Shown here one piece after another: positions 50,948 to 64,000 of a DNA stretch of 64,000 bases; within the stretch, counting starts at the first letter, position 1; every line of letters starts with the position of its first letter. The stretch is from positions 1-64,000 of the forward strand of contig NEEC01000061.1 in assembly GCA_002189035.1 (NCBI GenBank), in the 5' to 3' direction. Below the pieces are notes generated by a model. That model had not been told where the DNA came from, did no database searches, and saw only the letters and a list, made by a program, of their open reading frames with translations. The position numbers and the translations under genes are program-made. The DNA comes from Utricularia gibba (Eukaryota > Plantae > Magnoliophyta).

Positions 50948-53779
50948 AATATATGTCAAAATCTTGAATTTCGCGGCATTCTCATGCGTTTCTCCGAGTG
51001 TGCTCGGGCCCTGGGAATTCCTACATTAAGGGGTGGCCTCGCGCAGCCTTCGCCATTGACGCCACATCGTCCAAACCGTTTAGAGTCACGCGACACAAAG
51101 CATACCGTTTCGAAGCTCATTCCGAGACGATCGTTTTTCGTGTTGGGAGTTCGCCCATCCGAGGAAAGTTCGAAGCTCGACGGATGGCCCTATATAAGCC
51201 TTGAATGGTGTCACAAAATGGCCTAGCCATTGGGGACGTTGGGACTCTTTGCTCGTTTTTATGCGAAAACTAATCTCGGCTTGCGAAACACGCGTGATTC
51301 GTTAATATATGTCAAAATCTTGAATTTCGCGGCATTCTCATGCGTTTCTCCGAGTGTGCTCGGGCCCTGGGAATTCCTACATTAAGGGGTGGCCTCGCGC
51401 AGCCTTCGCCATTGACGCCACATCGTCCAAACCGTTTAGAGTCACGCGCACAGCATACCGTTTCGAAGCTCATTCTGAGACGGTCGTTTTTCGTGTTGGG
51501 AGCTTGCCCATCCGAGGAAAGTTCGAAGCTCGAAGGATGGCCTATATTAGCCTTCAATGGTGTCACAAAATGGTCTAGCCATTGGGGACATTGCGACTCC
51601 TTTGCTCGTTTTTATGCGAAAATCTCGGATTGCGAAACACGCGTGATTCGTTAATATATGTCAAAATCTTGAATTTCGCGGCATTCTCATGCGTTTCTAA
51701 TTCCTACACCAAGGGGTGGCCTCGCGCAGCCTTCGCCATTGACGCCACATCGTCCAAACCGTTTAGAGTCACGCGACACACAGCATACCGTTTCGAAGCT
51801 CATTCTGAGACGTCGTTTTTCGTGTTGGGAGTTTGCCCATCCGAGGAAAGTTCGAAGCTCGAAGGATGGCCTATATAGCCTTGAATGGTGTCACAAAATG
51901 GCTAGCCATTGGGGACGTTGCGACTCCTTTGCTCGTTTTTATGCGAAAACTAATCTCGGCTTGCGAAACACGCGTGATTCGTTAATATATGTCAAAATCT
52001 TGAATTTCGCGGCATTCTCATGCGTTTCTCGGGTGTGCTCGGGCCCTGGGATTCCTACACCAAGGGGTGGCCTCGCGCAGCCTTCGCCATTGACGCCACA
52101 TCGTCCAAACCGTTTAGAGTCACGCGACACACAGCATACCGTTTCGAAGCTCATTCTGAGACGATCGTTTTTCGTGTTGGGAGTTCGCCCATCCGAGGAA
52201 AGTTCGAAGCTCGACGGATGGCCCTATATAAGCCTTGAATGGTGTCACAAAATGGCCTAGCCATTGGGGACGTTGGGACTCGTTTGCTCGTTTTTATGCG
52301 AAAAAATCTCGGCTTGCGAAACACGCGTGATTCGTTAATATATGTCAAAATCTTGAATTTCGCGGCATTCTCATGCGTTTCTCCGAGTGTGCTCGGCCCT
52401 GGGAATTCCTACATTAAGGGGTGGCCTCGCGCAGCCTTCGCCATTGACGCCACATCGTCCAAACCGTTTAGAGTCACGCGACACACAGCATACCGTTTCG
52501 AAGCTCATTCCGAGACGGTCGTTTTTCGTGTTGGGAGCTTGCCCATCCGAGGAAAGTTCGAAGCTCGAAGGATGGCCTTATATTAGCCTTCAATGGTGTC
52601 AAAATGGTCTAGCCATTGGGGACATTGCGACTCCTTTGCTCGTTTTTATGCGAAAATTATTCTCGGCTTGCGAAACACGCGTGATTCGTTAATATATGTC
52701 AAAATCTTGAATTTCGCGGCATTCTCATGCGTTTCTACGGTGTGCTCGGGCCCTGGGACTTCCTACACCAAGGGGTGGCCTCGCGCAGCCTTCGCCATTG
52801 ACGCCACATCGTCCAAACCGTTTAGAGTCACGCGACACAAAGCATACCGTTTCGAAGCTCATTCTGAGACGGTCGTTTTTCGTGTTGGAGTTCGCCCATC
52901 CGAGGAAAGTTCGAAGCTCGACGGATGGCCCTATATAAGCCTTGAATGGTGTCACAAAATGGCTAGCCATTGGGGACGTTGGGACTCGTTTGCTCGTTTT
53001 TATGCGAAAATAATCTCGGCTTGCGAAACACGCGTGATTCGTTAATATATGTCAAAATCTTGAATTTCGCGGCATTCTCATGCGTTTCTCCGAGTGTGCT
53101 CGGGCCCTGGGAATTCCTACATTAAGGGGTGGCCTCGCGCAGCCTTCGCCATTGACGCCACATCGTCCAAACCGTTTAGAGTCACGCGACACACAGCATA
53201 CCGTTTCGAAGCTCATTCTGAGACGATCGTTTTTCGTGTTGGGAGTTCGCCCATCCGAGGAAAGTTCGAAGCTCGACGGATGGCCCTATATAGCCTTCAA
53301 TGGTGTCACAAAATGGCCTAGCCATTGGGGACGTTGGGACTCTTTGCTCGTTTTTATGCGAAAACTAATCTCGGCTTGCGAAACACGCGTGATTCGTTAA
53401 TATATGTCAAAATCTTGAATTTCGCGGCATTCTCATGCGTTTCTACGGGTGTGCTCGGGCCCGGGACTTCCTACACCAAGGGGTGGCCTCGCGCAGCCTT
53501 CGCCATTGACGCCACATCGTCCAAACCGTTTAGAGTCACGCGACACAAGCATACCGTTTCGAAGCTCATTCCGAGACGATCGTTTTTCGTGTTGGGAGTT
53601 CGCCCATCCGAGGAAAGTTCGAAGCTCGACGGATGGCCCTATATAAGCCTTGAATGGTGTCACAAAATGGCCTAGCCATTGGGGACGTTGCGATCCGTTT
53701 GCTCGTTTTTATGCGAAAATTGTTCTCGGACTTGCGAAACACGCGTGATTCGTTAATATATGTCAAAATCTTGAATTTC

Positions 53780-56700
53780 GCGGCATTCTCATGCGTTTCT
53801 CCTCGGGCCCTGGGAGTGTCGCTCGGCGCCTGGGAATTCCTGATTAATTGGCTCTCGCGCAGCCTTCGCTCATGCGAAAATGGCTTGCGAAACACGCGTG
53901 ATTCGTTAATATATGTCAAAATCTTGAATTTCGCGGCATTCTCAACTCGGGCCCTTTCCTAGGGGTGGCCTCGCGCAGCCTTCGCCATTGACGCCACATC
54001 GTCCAAACCGTTTAGAGTCACGCGACACACAGCATACCGTTTCGAAGCTCATTCGAGACGGTCGTTTTTCGTGTTGGGAGACGCCCATCCGAGGAAAGTT
54101 CGAAGCTCGAATTCGTGGTTGGGAGTTGCGCTCGTTTTTATGCGAAAATCTCGGCTTGCGAAACACGCGTGATTCGTTAAGTTCGAAGCGAAGCTCGAAG
54201 GATATATAGCCTTGAATGGTGGGGCCAATTGGACTCCTTTGCTCGTTTTTATGCGAAAATAATCTCGGCTTGCGAAACACGCGTGATTCGTTAATATATG
54301 TCAAAATCTTGAATTTCGCGGCATTCTCATGCGTTTCTCCGGTGTGCTCGGGCCCTGGGACTTCCTACACCAAGGGGCCTCGCGCAGCCTTCGCCATTGA
54401 CGCCACATCGTCCAAACCGTTTAGAGTCACGCGACACACAGCATACCGTTTCGAAGCTCATTCTGAGACGATCGTTTTTCGTGTTGGGAGTTCGCCCATC
54501 CGAGGAAAGTTCGAAGCTCGACGGATGGCCCTATATCCTTGAATGGTGTCACAAAATGGCCTAGCCATTGGGGACGTTGCGACTCTTTTGCTCGTTTTTA
54601 TGCGAAAATTAATCTCGGCTTGCGAAACACGCGTGATTCGTTAATATATGTCAAAATCTTGAATTTCGCGGCATTCTCATGCGTTTCTCGGTGTGCTCGG
54701 GCCCGGGACTTCCTACATTAAGGGGTGGCCTCGCGCAGCCTTCGCCATTGACGCCACATCGTCCAAACCGTTTAGAGTCACGCGACACACAGCATACCGT
54801 TTCGAAGCTCATTCTGAGACGGTCGTTTTTCGTGTTGGGATTGCCCATTTTCGCCTCGGTGTCTAGGGGGAAGCGTCCTTATGCGAAAATTATTCTCGGA
54901 TCCGCGATTCGTTACAAAATCTTGAATTTCGCATGCCACGGAGCCATTGACGGGTCGTTTTTCGAGTGTCGCCCATCCGAGGAAAGTTCGAAGCTCGACG
55001 GATGGCCCTATATAAGCCTTGAATGGTGTCACAAAATGGCCTAGCCATTGGGGACGTTGGACTCGTTTGCTCGTTTTTATGCGAAAATAATCTCGGCTTG
55101 CGAAACACGCGTGATTCGTTAATATATGTCAAAATCTTGAATTTCGCGGCATTCTCATGCGTTTCTCCGAGTGTGCTCGGGCCCTGGGAATTCCTACATT
55201 AAGGGTGGCCTCGCGCAGCCTTCGCCATTGACGCCACATCGTCCAAACCGTTTAGAGTCACGCGACACACAGCATACCGTTTCGAAGCTCATTCTGAGAC
55301 GGTTTTTCGTGTTGGAGTTCGCCCATCCGAGGAAAGTTCGAAGCTCGACGGATGGCCCTATATAAGCCTTGAATGGTGTCACAAAATGGCCTAGCCATTG
55401 GGGACGTTGCGACTCGTTTGCTCGTTTTTATGCGAAAATAATCTCGGCTTGCGAAACACGCGTGATTCGTTAATATATGTCAAAATCTTGAATTTCGCGG
55501 CATTCTCATGCGTTTCTGAGTGTGCTCGGGCCCTGGGAATTCCTACATTAAGGGGCCTCGCGCAGCCTTCGCCATTGACGCCACATCGTCCAAACCGTTT
55601 AGAGTCACGCGACACACAGCATACCGTTTCGAAGCTCATTCTGAGACGATCGTTTTTCGTGTTGGGAGTTCGCCCATCCGAGGAAAGTTCGAAGCTCGAC
55701 GGATGGCCCTATATAGCCTTGAATGGTGTCACAAAATGGCCTAGCCATTGGGGACGTTGCGACTCGTTTGCTCGTTTTTATGCGAAAATCTCGTTTGAAC
55801 GAATTTCGCGGCATTCTCATGCGTTTCTAAATGAGCACACACATACGTGATTCGGCGCAGATTCGTTTGCGCGCCACATCGTCCAAACCGTTTAGAGTCA
55901 CGCGACACACAGCATACCGTTTCGTCATTCTGAGACGATCGTTTTTCGTGTTGGGAGTTCGCCCATCCGAGGAAAGTTCGAAGCTCGACGGATGGCCCTA
56001 TATAAGCCTTGAATGGTGTCACAAAATGGCCTAGCCATTGGGGACGTTGCGACTCCTTTGCTCGTTTTTATGCGAAAATTGTTCTCGGATTGCGAAACAC
56101 GCGTGATTCGTTATATATGTCAAAATCTTGAATTTCGCGGCATAAGTGTGCTCGAATTCCTACATTAAGGGGTGGCCTCGCGCAGCCTTCGCCATTGACG
56201 CCACATCGTCCAAACCGTTTAGAGTCACGCGACACACAGCATACCGTTTCGAAGCTCATTCCGAGACGGTCGTTTTTCGTGTTGGGAGTTGCCCATCCGA
56301 GGAAAGTTCGAAGCTCGAAGGATGGCCTTATATTAGCCTTCAATGGTGTCACAAAATGGTCTAGCCATTGGGGAGCGACTCCTTTGCTCGTTTTTATGCG
56401 GGCTTGCGAAACACGCGTGATTCGTTAATATATGTCAAAATCTTGAATTTCGCGGCATTCTCATGCGTTTCTTGTGCTCGGGCCTGGGACTTCCTACACC
56501 AAGGGGTGGCCTCGCGCAGCCTTCGCCATTGACGCCACATCTTCCAAACCGTTTAGAGTCACGTCACAAAGCATGTTTCGAAGCTCATTCTGAGACGGTC
56601 GTTTTTCGTGTTGGAGTTCGCCCATCCGAGGAAAGTTCGAAGCTCGACGGATGGCCCTATATAAGCCTTGAATGGTGTCACAAAATGGCCTAGCCATTTG

Positions 56701-59700
56701 GGACTCGTTTGCTCGTTTTTATGCGAAAATCTCGGCTTGCGATCGCCATTGTGCTCGAATTCGGAATTGACGTCGTCCAATGAGTCTCCGAAGGAGAAAT
56801 TTCTCGAAGGATGGCCTTATATTAGCCTTCAATGGTGTCACAAAATGGTGTCACCATTGGCTCGGGCCCTCGGGGACATGCGAATTTGGTCTCGGCTATG
56901 CGAAATTTCGATTGACGGATTCCAAACGTCTTGAATTTCGCGGCATTCTCATGCGTTTCTAGTGTGCTCGGGCCCTGGGAATTCCTACACCAAGGGGGGG
57001 TGGCGCGCCTTCGCATTGACGCCACATCGTCCAAACCGTTTAGAGTCACGCGACACACAGCATACCGTTTCGAAGCTCATTCTGAGACGGTCGTTTTCGT
57101 GTTGGGAGTTCGCTCCATCCGAGGACAAAATGGCCTAGCCATTGGGGACGTTGGGACGCTCTTTTTATGCGAAAACTAATCTCGGCTTGCGAAACACGCG
57201 TGATTCGTTAATATATGTCAAAATCTTGAATTTCGCGGCATTCTCATGCGTTTCTCCGAGTGTGCTCGGGCCCTGGGAATTCCTACATTAAGGGTGGCCT
57301 CGCGCAGCCTTCGCCATTGACGCCACATCGTCCAAACCGTTTAGAGTCACGCGACACAGCATACCGTTTCGAAGCTCATTCTGAGACGTCAGTTCGCCCA
57401 TCCGAGGAAAGTTCGAAGCTCGAAGGATGGCCTTATATTAGCCTTCAATGGTGTCACAAAATGGTCTAGCCATTGGGGACATGCGACTCCTTTGCTCGTT
57501 TTTATGCGAAAATATTGCGATGATTCGTTAATATATGTCAAAATCTTGAATTTCGCGGCATTCTCATGCGTTTCCGAATTCCTACACCAAGGGGTGGCCT
57601 CGCGCAGCCTTCGCCATTGACGCCACATCGTCCAAACCGTTTAGAGTCACGCGACACACAGCATACCGTTTCGAAGCTCATTCTGAGACGATCGTTTTTC
57701 GTGTTGGGAGTTCGCCCATCCGAGGAAAGTTCGAAGCTCGACGGATGGCCCTATTAAGCCTTGAATGGTGTCACAAAATGGCCTAGCCATTGGGGACGTT
57801 GCGACTCCTTTGCTCGTTTTTATGCGAAAATTGTTCTCGGATTGCGAAACACGCGTGATTCGTTAATATATGTCAAAATCTTGAATTTCGCGGCATTCTC
57901 ATGCGTTTCTCCGAGTGTGCTCGGCCCTGGGAATTCCTACATTAAGGGTGGCCTCGCGCAGCCTTCGCCATTGACGCCACATCGTCCAAACCGTTTAGAG
58001 TCACGCGACACACAGCATACCGTTTCGAAGCTCATTCCGAGACGGTCGTTTTTCGTGTTGGGAGCTTGCCCATCCGAGGAAAGTTCGAAGCTCGAAGGAT
58101 GGCCTTATATAAGCCTTCAATGGTGTCAAAATGGTCTAGCCATTGGGGACGTTGCGACTCCTTTGCTCGTTTTTATGCGAAAATTAATCTCGGCTTGCGA
58201 AACACGCGTGATTCGTTAATATATGTCAAAATCTTGAATTTCGCGGCATTCTCATGCGTTTCTCGAGTGTGCTCGGGCCCGGGAATTCCTACACCAAGGG
58301 GTGGCCTCGCGCAGCCTTCGCCATTGACGCCACATCGTCCAAACCGTTTAGAGTCACGCGACACACAGCATACCGTTTCGAAGCTCATTCCGAGACGATC
58401 GTTTTTCGTGTTGGGAGTTCGCCCATCCGAGGAAAGTTCGAAGCTCGACGGATGGCCCTATATAAGCCTTGAATGGTGTCACAAAATGGCCTAGCCATTG
58501 GGGACGTTGCGACTCCTTTGCTCGTTTTTATGCGAAAATTAATTCTCTTGCGAAACACGCGTGATTCGTTAATATATGTCAAAATCTTGAATTTCGCGGC
58601 ATTCTCATGCGTTTCTCCGAGTGTGCTCGGGCCCTGGAATTCCTACATTAAGGGGTGGCCTCGCGCAGCCTTCGCCATTGACGCCACATCGTCCAAACCG
58701 TTTAGAGTCACGCGACACACAGCATACCGTTTCGAAGCTCATTCTGAGACGGTCGTTTTTCGTGTTGGAGTTCGCCCATCCGAGGAAAGTTCGAAGCTCG
58801 AAGGATGGCCTTATATAGCCTTGAATGGTGTCACAAAATGGTAGCCATTGGGGAGCGACTCCTTTGCTCGTTTTTATGCGAAAATGGGGAAACACGCGTG
58901 ATTCGCAAAATCTTGAATTTCTCGCTCGGCCACGCGACACACAGCATACCGTTTCGAAGCTCATGAGACGGAGTCGCATTCTCATGAGGAAAGTTCCTTC
59001 TTGACGAGACCACATCTTCGATTAGCCTTCAGAGTCAATGCGAAAATTTTCTCGGAAGCGTGATTCGCGAATTTCGCGGGACTCGAGAGCCTTCGCCATT
59101 GTCGTTTTTCGTTTTTATGAGCGAATCCGAGGAAAGTTCGAAGCTCGAAGGATGGCCTCTTCGGCTTTCAACATGTCATGATTCGTTAATATATGTCAAA
59201 ATCTTGAATTTCGCGGCATTCTCATGCGTTTCTCCGGGTGTGCTCGGGCCCTGGGATTCCTACACCAAGGGGTGGCCTCGCGCAGCCTTCGCCATTGACG
59301 CCACATCGTCCAAACCGTTTAGAGTCACGCGACACACAGCATACCGTTTCGAAGCTCATTCTGAGACGATCGTTTTTCGTGTTGGGAGTTCGCCCATCCG
59401 AGGAAAGTTCGAAGCTCGACGGATGGCCCTATATATAGCCTTGAATGGTGTCACAAAATGGCCTAGCCATTGGGGACGTTGCGACTCCTTTGCTCGTTTT
59501 TATGCGAAAAATTTTCTCGCGAAACACGCGTGATTCGTTAATATATGTCAAAATCTTGAATTTCGCGGCATTCTCATGCGTTTCTCCGAGTGTGCTCGGG
59601 CCCTGGGAATTCCTACACCAAGGGTGGCCTCGCGCAGCCTTCGCCATTGACGCCAATCGTCCAAACCGTTTAGAGTCACGCGACACACAGCATACCGTTT

Positions 59701-62280
59701 CGAAGCTCATTCGAGACGGTCGTTTTTCGTGTTGGGAGTTGCCCATCCGAGGAAAGTTCGAAGCTCGAAGGATGGCCTATATTAGCCTTTGGTGTCAAAA
59801 TGGTCTAGCCATTGGGGACATCGACTCCTTTGCTCGTTTTTATGCGAAAATTCTCGGATTGCGAAAACACGCGTGATTCGTTAATATATGTCAAAATCTT
59901 GAATTTCGCGGCATTCTCATGCGTTTCTCCGAGTGTGCTCGGCCCTGGGAATTCCTACATTAAGGGGTGGCCTCGCGCAGCCTTCGCCATTGACGCCACA
60001 TCGTCCAAACCGTTTAGAGTCACGCGACACACAGCATACCGTTTCGAAGCTCATTCCGAGACGTCGTTTTTCGTGTTGGGGCCCATCCGAGGAAAGTTCG
60101 AAGCTCGAAGGATGGCCTTATTAGCCTTCAATGGTTCAAAAATGGTCTAGCCATTGGGGACATGCGACTCCTTTGCTCGTTTTTATGCGAAAATTATCTC
60201 GGATTGCGAAACACGCGTGATTCGTTAATATATGTCAAAATCTTGAATTTCGCGGCATTCTCATGCGTTTCTAGTGTGCTCGGGCCCTGGGATTCCTACA
60301 CCAAGGGGTGGCCTCGCGCAGCCTTCGCCATTGACCCACATCGTCCAAACCGTTTAGAGTCACGCGACACAGCATACCGTTTCGAAGCTCATTCTGAGAC
60401 GGTCGTTTTTCGTGTTGGAGTTCGCCCATCCGAGGAAAGTTCGAAGCTCGACGGATGGCCCTATATAAGCCTTGAATGGTGTCACAAAATGGCCTAGCCA
60501 TTGGGGACGTTGCGACTCTTTGCTCGTTTTTATGCGAAAAAATCTCGGCTTGCGAAACACGCGTGATTCGTTAATATATGTCAAAATCTTGAATTTCGCG
60601 GCATTCTCATGCGTTTCTCCGAGTGTGCTCGGGCCCTGGGAATTCCTACATTAAGGGGTGGCCTCGCGCAGCCTTCGCATTGACGCCACATCGTCCAAAC
60701 CGTTTAGAGTCACGCGACACAAGCATGTTTCGAAGCTCATTCTTCGTTTTTCGTGTTGGGAGCTTGCCCATCCGAGGAAAGTTCGAAGCTCGAAGGATGG
60801 CCTATATTAGCCTTCAATGGTGTCAAAATGGTCTAGCCATTGGGGACATTGCGACTCCTTTGCTCGTTTTTATGCGAAAACTAATCTCGGCTTGCGAAAC
60901 ACGCGTGATTCGTTAATATATGTCAAAATCTTGAATTTCGCGGCATTCTCATGCGTTTCTAGTGTGCTCGGGCCCTGGGAATTCCTACATTAAGGGGTGG
61001 CCTCGCGCAGCCTTCGCCATTGACGCCACATCGTCCAAACCGTTTAGAGTCACGCGACACAAAGCATACCGTTTCGAAGCTCATTCTGAGACGATCGTTT
61101 TTCGTGTTGGGAGTTCGCCCATCCGAGGAAAGTTCGAAGCTCGACGGATGGCCCTATATAAGCCTTGAATGGTGTCACAAAATGGCCTAGCCATTGGGGA
61201 CGTTGCGACTCCTTTGCTCGTTTTTATGCGAAAATTGTTCTCGGATTGCGAAACACGCGTGATTCGTTAATATATGTCAAAATCTTGAATTTCGCGGCAT
61301 TCTCATGCGTTTCTACGGGTGTGCTCGGGCCCTGGGATTCCTACACCAAGGGGTGGCCTCGCGCAGCCTTCGCCATTGACGCCACATCGTCCAAACCGTT
61401 TAGAGTCACGCGACACACAGCATACCGTTTCGAAGCTCATTCTGAGACGTCGTTTTTCGTGTTGGGAGTTCGCCCATCCGAGGAAAGTTCGAAGCTCGAC
61501 GGATGGCCCTATATAAGCCTTGAATGGTGTCACAAAATGGCCTAGCCATTGGGGACGTTGGGACTCGTTTGCTCGTTTTTAATGGCGTGATTCGTTAATA
61601 TATGTCAAAATCTTGAATTTCGCGGCATTCTCATGCGTTTCTCCGAGTGTGCTCGGGCCCTGGGAATTCCTACACCAATTGACGGGTCATGTTTCGAAAT
61701 GCGAATTTCTTCCCAACGTGAAAAGTGTGTCGGGCATTCTCATAAATTCCTACATTAAGGGGTGGCCTCGCGCAGCCTTCGCCATTGACGCCACATCGTC
61801 CAAACCGTTTAGAGTCACGCGACACACAGCATACCGTTTCGAAGCTCATTCTGAGACGTCGTTTTTCGTGTTGGGAGCTTGCCCATCCGAGGAAAGTTCG
61901 TCGAAGGATGGCCTATATTAGCCTTCAATGGTGTCAAAAATGGTCTAGCCATTGGGGACATGCGACTCCTTTGCTCGTTTTTATGCGAAAATTCTCGGAT
62001 TGCGAAACACGCGTGATTCGTTAATATATGTCAAAATCTTGAATTTCGCGGCATTCTCATGCGTTTCCGTGTGCTCGGGCCCTGGACTTCCTACACCAAG
62101 GGTGGCCTCGCGCAGCCTTCGCCATTGACGCCACATCGTCCAAACCGTTTAGAGTCACGCGACACACAGCATACCGTTTCGAAGCTCATTCTGAGACGAT
62201 CGTTTTTCGTGTTGGGAGTTCGCCCATCCGAGGAAAGTTCGCTCGACGGATGGGCCTCATGGCGTTTTGCTCCTTTGCTC
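53780..62280. other. Zone with several scrambled or truncated monomer patches (probable assembly or consensus artefacts)
   Basis: Out-of-register fragments of the monomer occur at about 53790-54240, 54840-54965, 55790-55870, 56740-56935, 57115-57165, 58880-59180, 61580-61750 and 62245-62275. They consist largely of shuffled repeat pieces, with no recognisable foreign element. Confidence 0.6.
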
Positions 62281-64000
62281 GTTTTATGCGAAAATTGTTC
62301 TCGGCTTGCGAAACACGCGTGATTCGTTAATATATGTCAAAATCTTGAATTTCGCGGCATTCTCATGCGTTTCTCCGAGTGTGCTCGGGCCCTGGGAATT
62401 CCTACATTAAGGGGTGGCCTCGCGCAGCCTTCGCATTGACGCCACATCGTCCAAACCGTTTAGAGTCACGCGACACACAGCATACCGTTTCGAAGCTCAT
62501 TCTGAGACGGTCGTTTTTCGTGTTGGGAGCTTGCCCATCCGAGGAAAGTTCGAAGCTCGAAGGATGGCCTATATTAGCCTTCAATGGTGTCACAAAATGG
62601 TCTAGCCATTGGGGACATTGCGACTCCTTTGCTCGTTTTTATGCGAAAATTTCTCGGCTTGCGAAACACGCGTGATTCGTTAATATATGTCAAAATCTTG
62701 AATTTCGCGGCATTCTCATGCGTTTCTAGTGTGCTCGGGCCCTGGGAATTCGGGGTGGCCTCGCGCAGCCTTCGCCATTGACGCCACATCGTCCAAACCG
62801 TTTAGAGTCACGCGACACACAGCATACCGTTTCGAAGCTCATTCTGAGACGTCGTTTTTCGTGTGGGAGTTCGCCCATCCGAGGAAAGTTCGAAGCTCGA
62901 GGATGGCCCTATATAAGCCTTGAATGGTGTCACAAAATGGCCTAGCCATTGGGGACGTTGCGACTGCTCGTTTTTATGCGAAAATTTTCTCGGATTGCGA
63001 AACACGCGTGATTCGTTAATATATGTCAAAATCTTGAATTTCGCGGCATTCTCATGCGTGGGTGTGCTCGGGCCCGGGACTTCCTACACCAAGGGGTGGC
63101 CTCGCGCAGCCTTCGCCATTGACGCCACATCGTCCAAACCGTTTAGAGTCACGCGACACACAGCATACCGTTTCGAAGCTCATTCTGAGACGTCGTTTTT
63201 CGTGTTGGGAGTTCGCCCATCCGAGGAAAGTTCGAAGCTCGAGGATGGCCCTATATAAGCCTTGAATGGTGTCACAAAATGGAGCCATTGGGGACGTTGG
63301 ACTCTTTGCTCGTTTTTATGCCTCGGCTTGCGAAACACGCGTGATTCGTTAATATATGTCAAAATCGAATTTCGCGGCATTCTCATGCGTTTCTCCGAGT
63401 GTGCTCGGGCCCTGGGATTCCTACATTAAGGGGTGGCCTCGCGCAGCCTTCGCCATTGACGCCACATCGTCCAAACCGTTTAGAGTCACGCGACACACAG
63501 CATACCGTTTCGAAGCTCATTCCGAGACGGTCGTTTTTCGTGTTGGAGCTTGCCCATCCGAGGAAAGTTCGAAGCTCGAAGGATGGCCTATATTAGCCTT
63601 CAATGGTGTCAAAATGGTCTAGCCATTGGGGACGTTGCGACTCCTTTGCTCGTTTTTATGCGAAAATTATTCTCGGATTGCGAAACACGCGTGATTCGTT
63701 AATATATGTCAAAATCTTGAATTTCGCGGCATTCTCATGCGTTTCTCCGAGTGTGCTCGGGGCCCTGGGAATTCCTACATTAAGGGGTGGCCTCGCGCAG
63801 CCTTCGCCATTGACGCCACATCGTCCAAACCGTTTAGAGTCACGCGACACACAGCATTCGTTTCGAAGCTCATTCTGAGACGGTCGTTTTTCGTGTTGGG
63901 AGTTGCCCATCCGAGGAAAGTTCGAAGCTCGAAGGATGGCCTATAAGCCTTGAATGGTGTCACAAAATGGTCTAGCCATTGGGGACGTTCGACTCCTTTG

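Larger units (their letters stand above)
1..64000 (+). repeat. Tandem satellite DNA array, 357-bp monomer, ~180 head-to-tail copies, runs off both ends of the window
   Basis: The anchor AATATATGTCAAAATCTTGAATTTCGCGGCATTCTCATGCG recurs throughout. In the cleanest part it starts at 18006, 18363, 18720, 19077, 19434 and 19791 (exactly 357 bp apart). Noisier parts give ~340-357 bp because of small deletions. A hand count of one A-type monomer (14453-14809) gives 178/357 G+C. The strand label only marks the orientation in which I read the monomer. Confidence 0.99.
1..64000. repeat. Tentative family assignment: rice (Oryza) TrsA/Os48-like ~355-bp subtelomeric satellite
   Basis: Inference only. Monomer length (~355-357 bp), ~50% GC and one EcoRI site (GGGAATTCC) in most monomers fit my recollection of TrsA/Os48. 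I cannot align to a reference here; BLASTN of one monomer would decide it. Confidence 0.4.

Noticed and set aside
53780-62280. Transposon or other foreign insertion at the irregular patches
   Set aside because: The patches consist largely of fragments of the satellite itself, with no TIRs, LTRs, TSDs or coding remnants.
17-63963. Hundreds of short ORFs (60-255 aa) on both strands
   Set aside because: They repeat the same peptides (e.g. TPHRPNRLESRDTQH, LGLRNTRDSLIYVKILNF) in every frame once per 357 bp. Longer ORFs such as 24819-25586 arise only where indels join frames across monomers. There is no recognisable domain and no reading-frame conservation.
1-64000. 5S rDNA array or 45S rDNA spacer subrepeats (similar unit size, CpG-rich, T-runs)
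   Set aside because: There is no 120-nt 5S rRNA sequence (plant 5S begins GGATGCGATCATACCAGC) and no 18S, 5.8S or 25S sequence. TATATAAGCC does not match the plant Pol I start motif TATATA(A/G)GGG.
1-64000. CRISPR array
   Set aside because: The entire 357-bp unit is repeated, with no unique spacers, no leader and no cas genes.

Overview
The whole 64 kb window is one uninterrupted head-to-tail tandem satellite array, about 180 copies of a 357-bp monomer. It is about 50% GC and CpG-rich, and all full monomers lie in the same orientation. There is no gene, RNA gene, transposon or CRISPR array; every ORF in the track is a chance reading frame of the repeat. The monomer size, GC content and EcoRI site in most units recall the rice subtelomeric TrsA/Os48 (~355-bp) satellite, but that assignment is from memory and unverified. 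The real structure lies in the arrangement of monomer variants. Diagnostic SNP haplotypes (my labels A-H) form higher-order repeats (HORs): a clean 5-mer (B-C-D-C-D, four copies, 18.0-25.1 kb), then marker periods of 8, 11 and 9 monomers up to ~40 kb, and a weaker 4-mer at 48-53 kb. The derived C/D/E/F subfamily forms a central island (~13.7-40.4 kb) between A/B-type flanks. The flanks carry many homopolymer indels, blended haplotypes and several scrambled patches (53.7-62.3 kb) that look like long-read consensus artefacts, so conclusions there are weaker.
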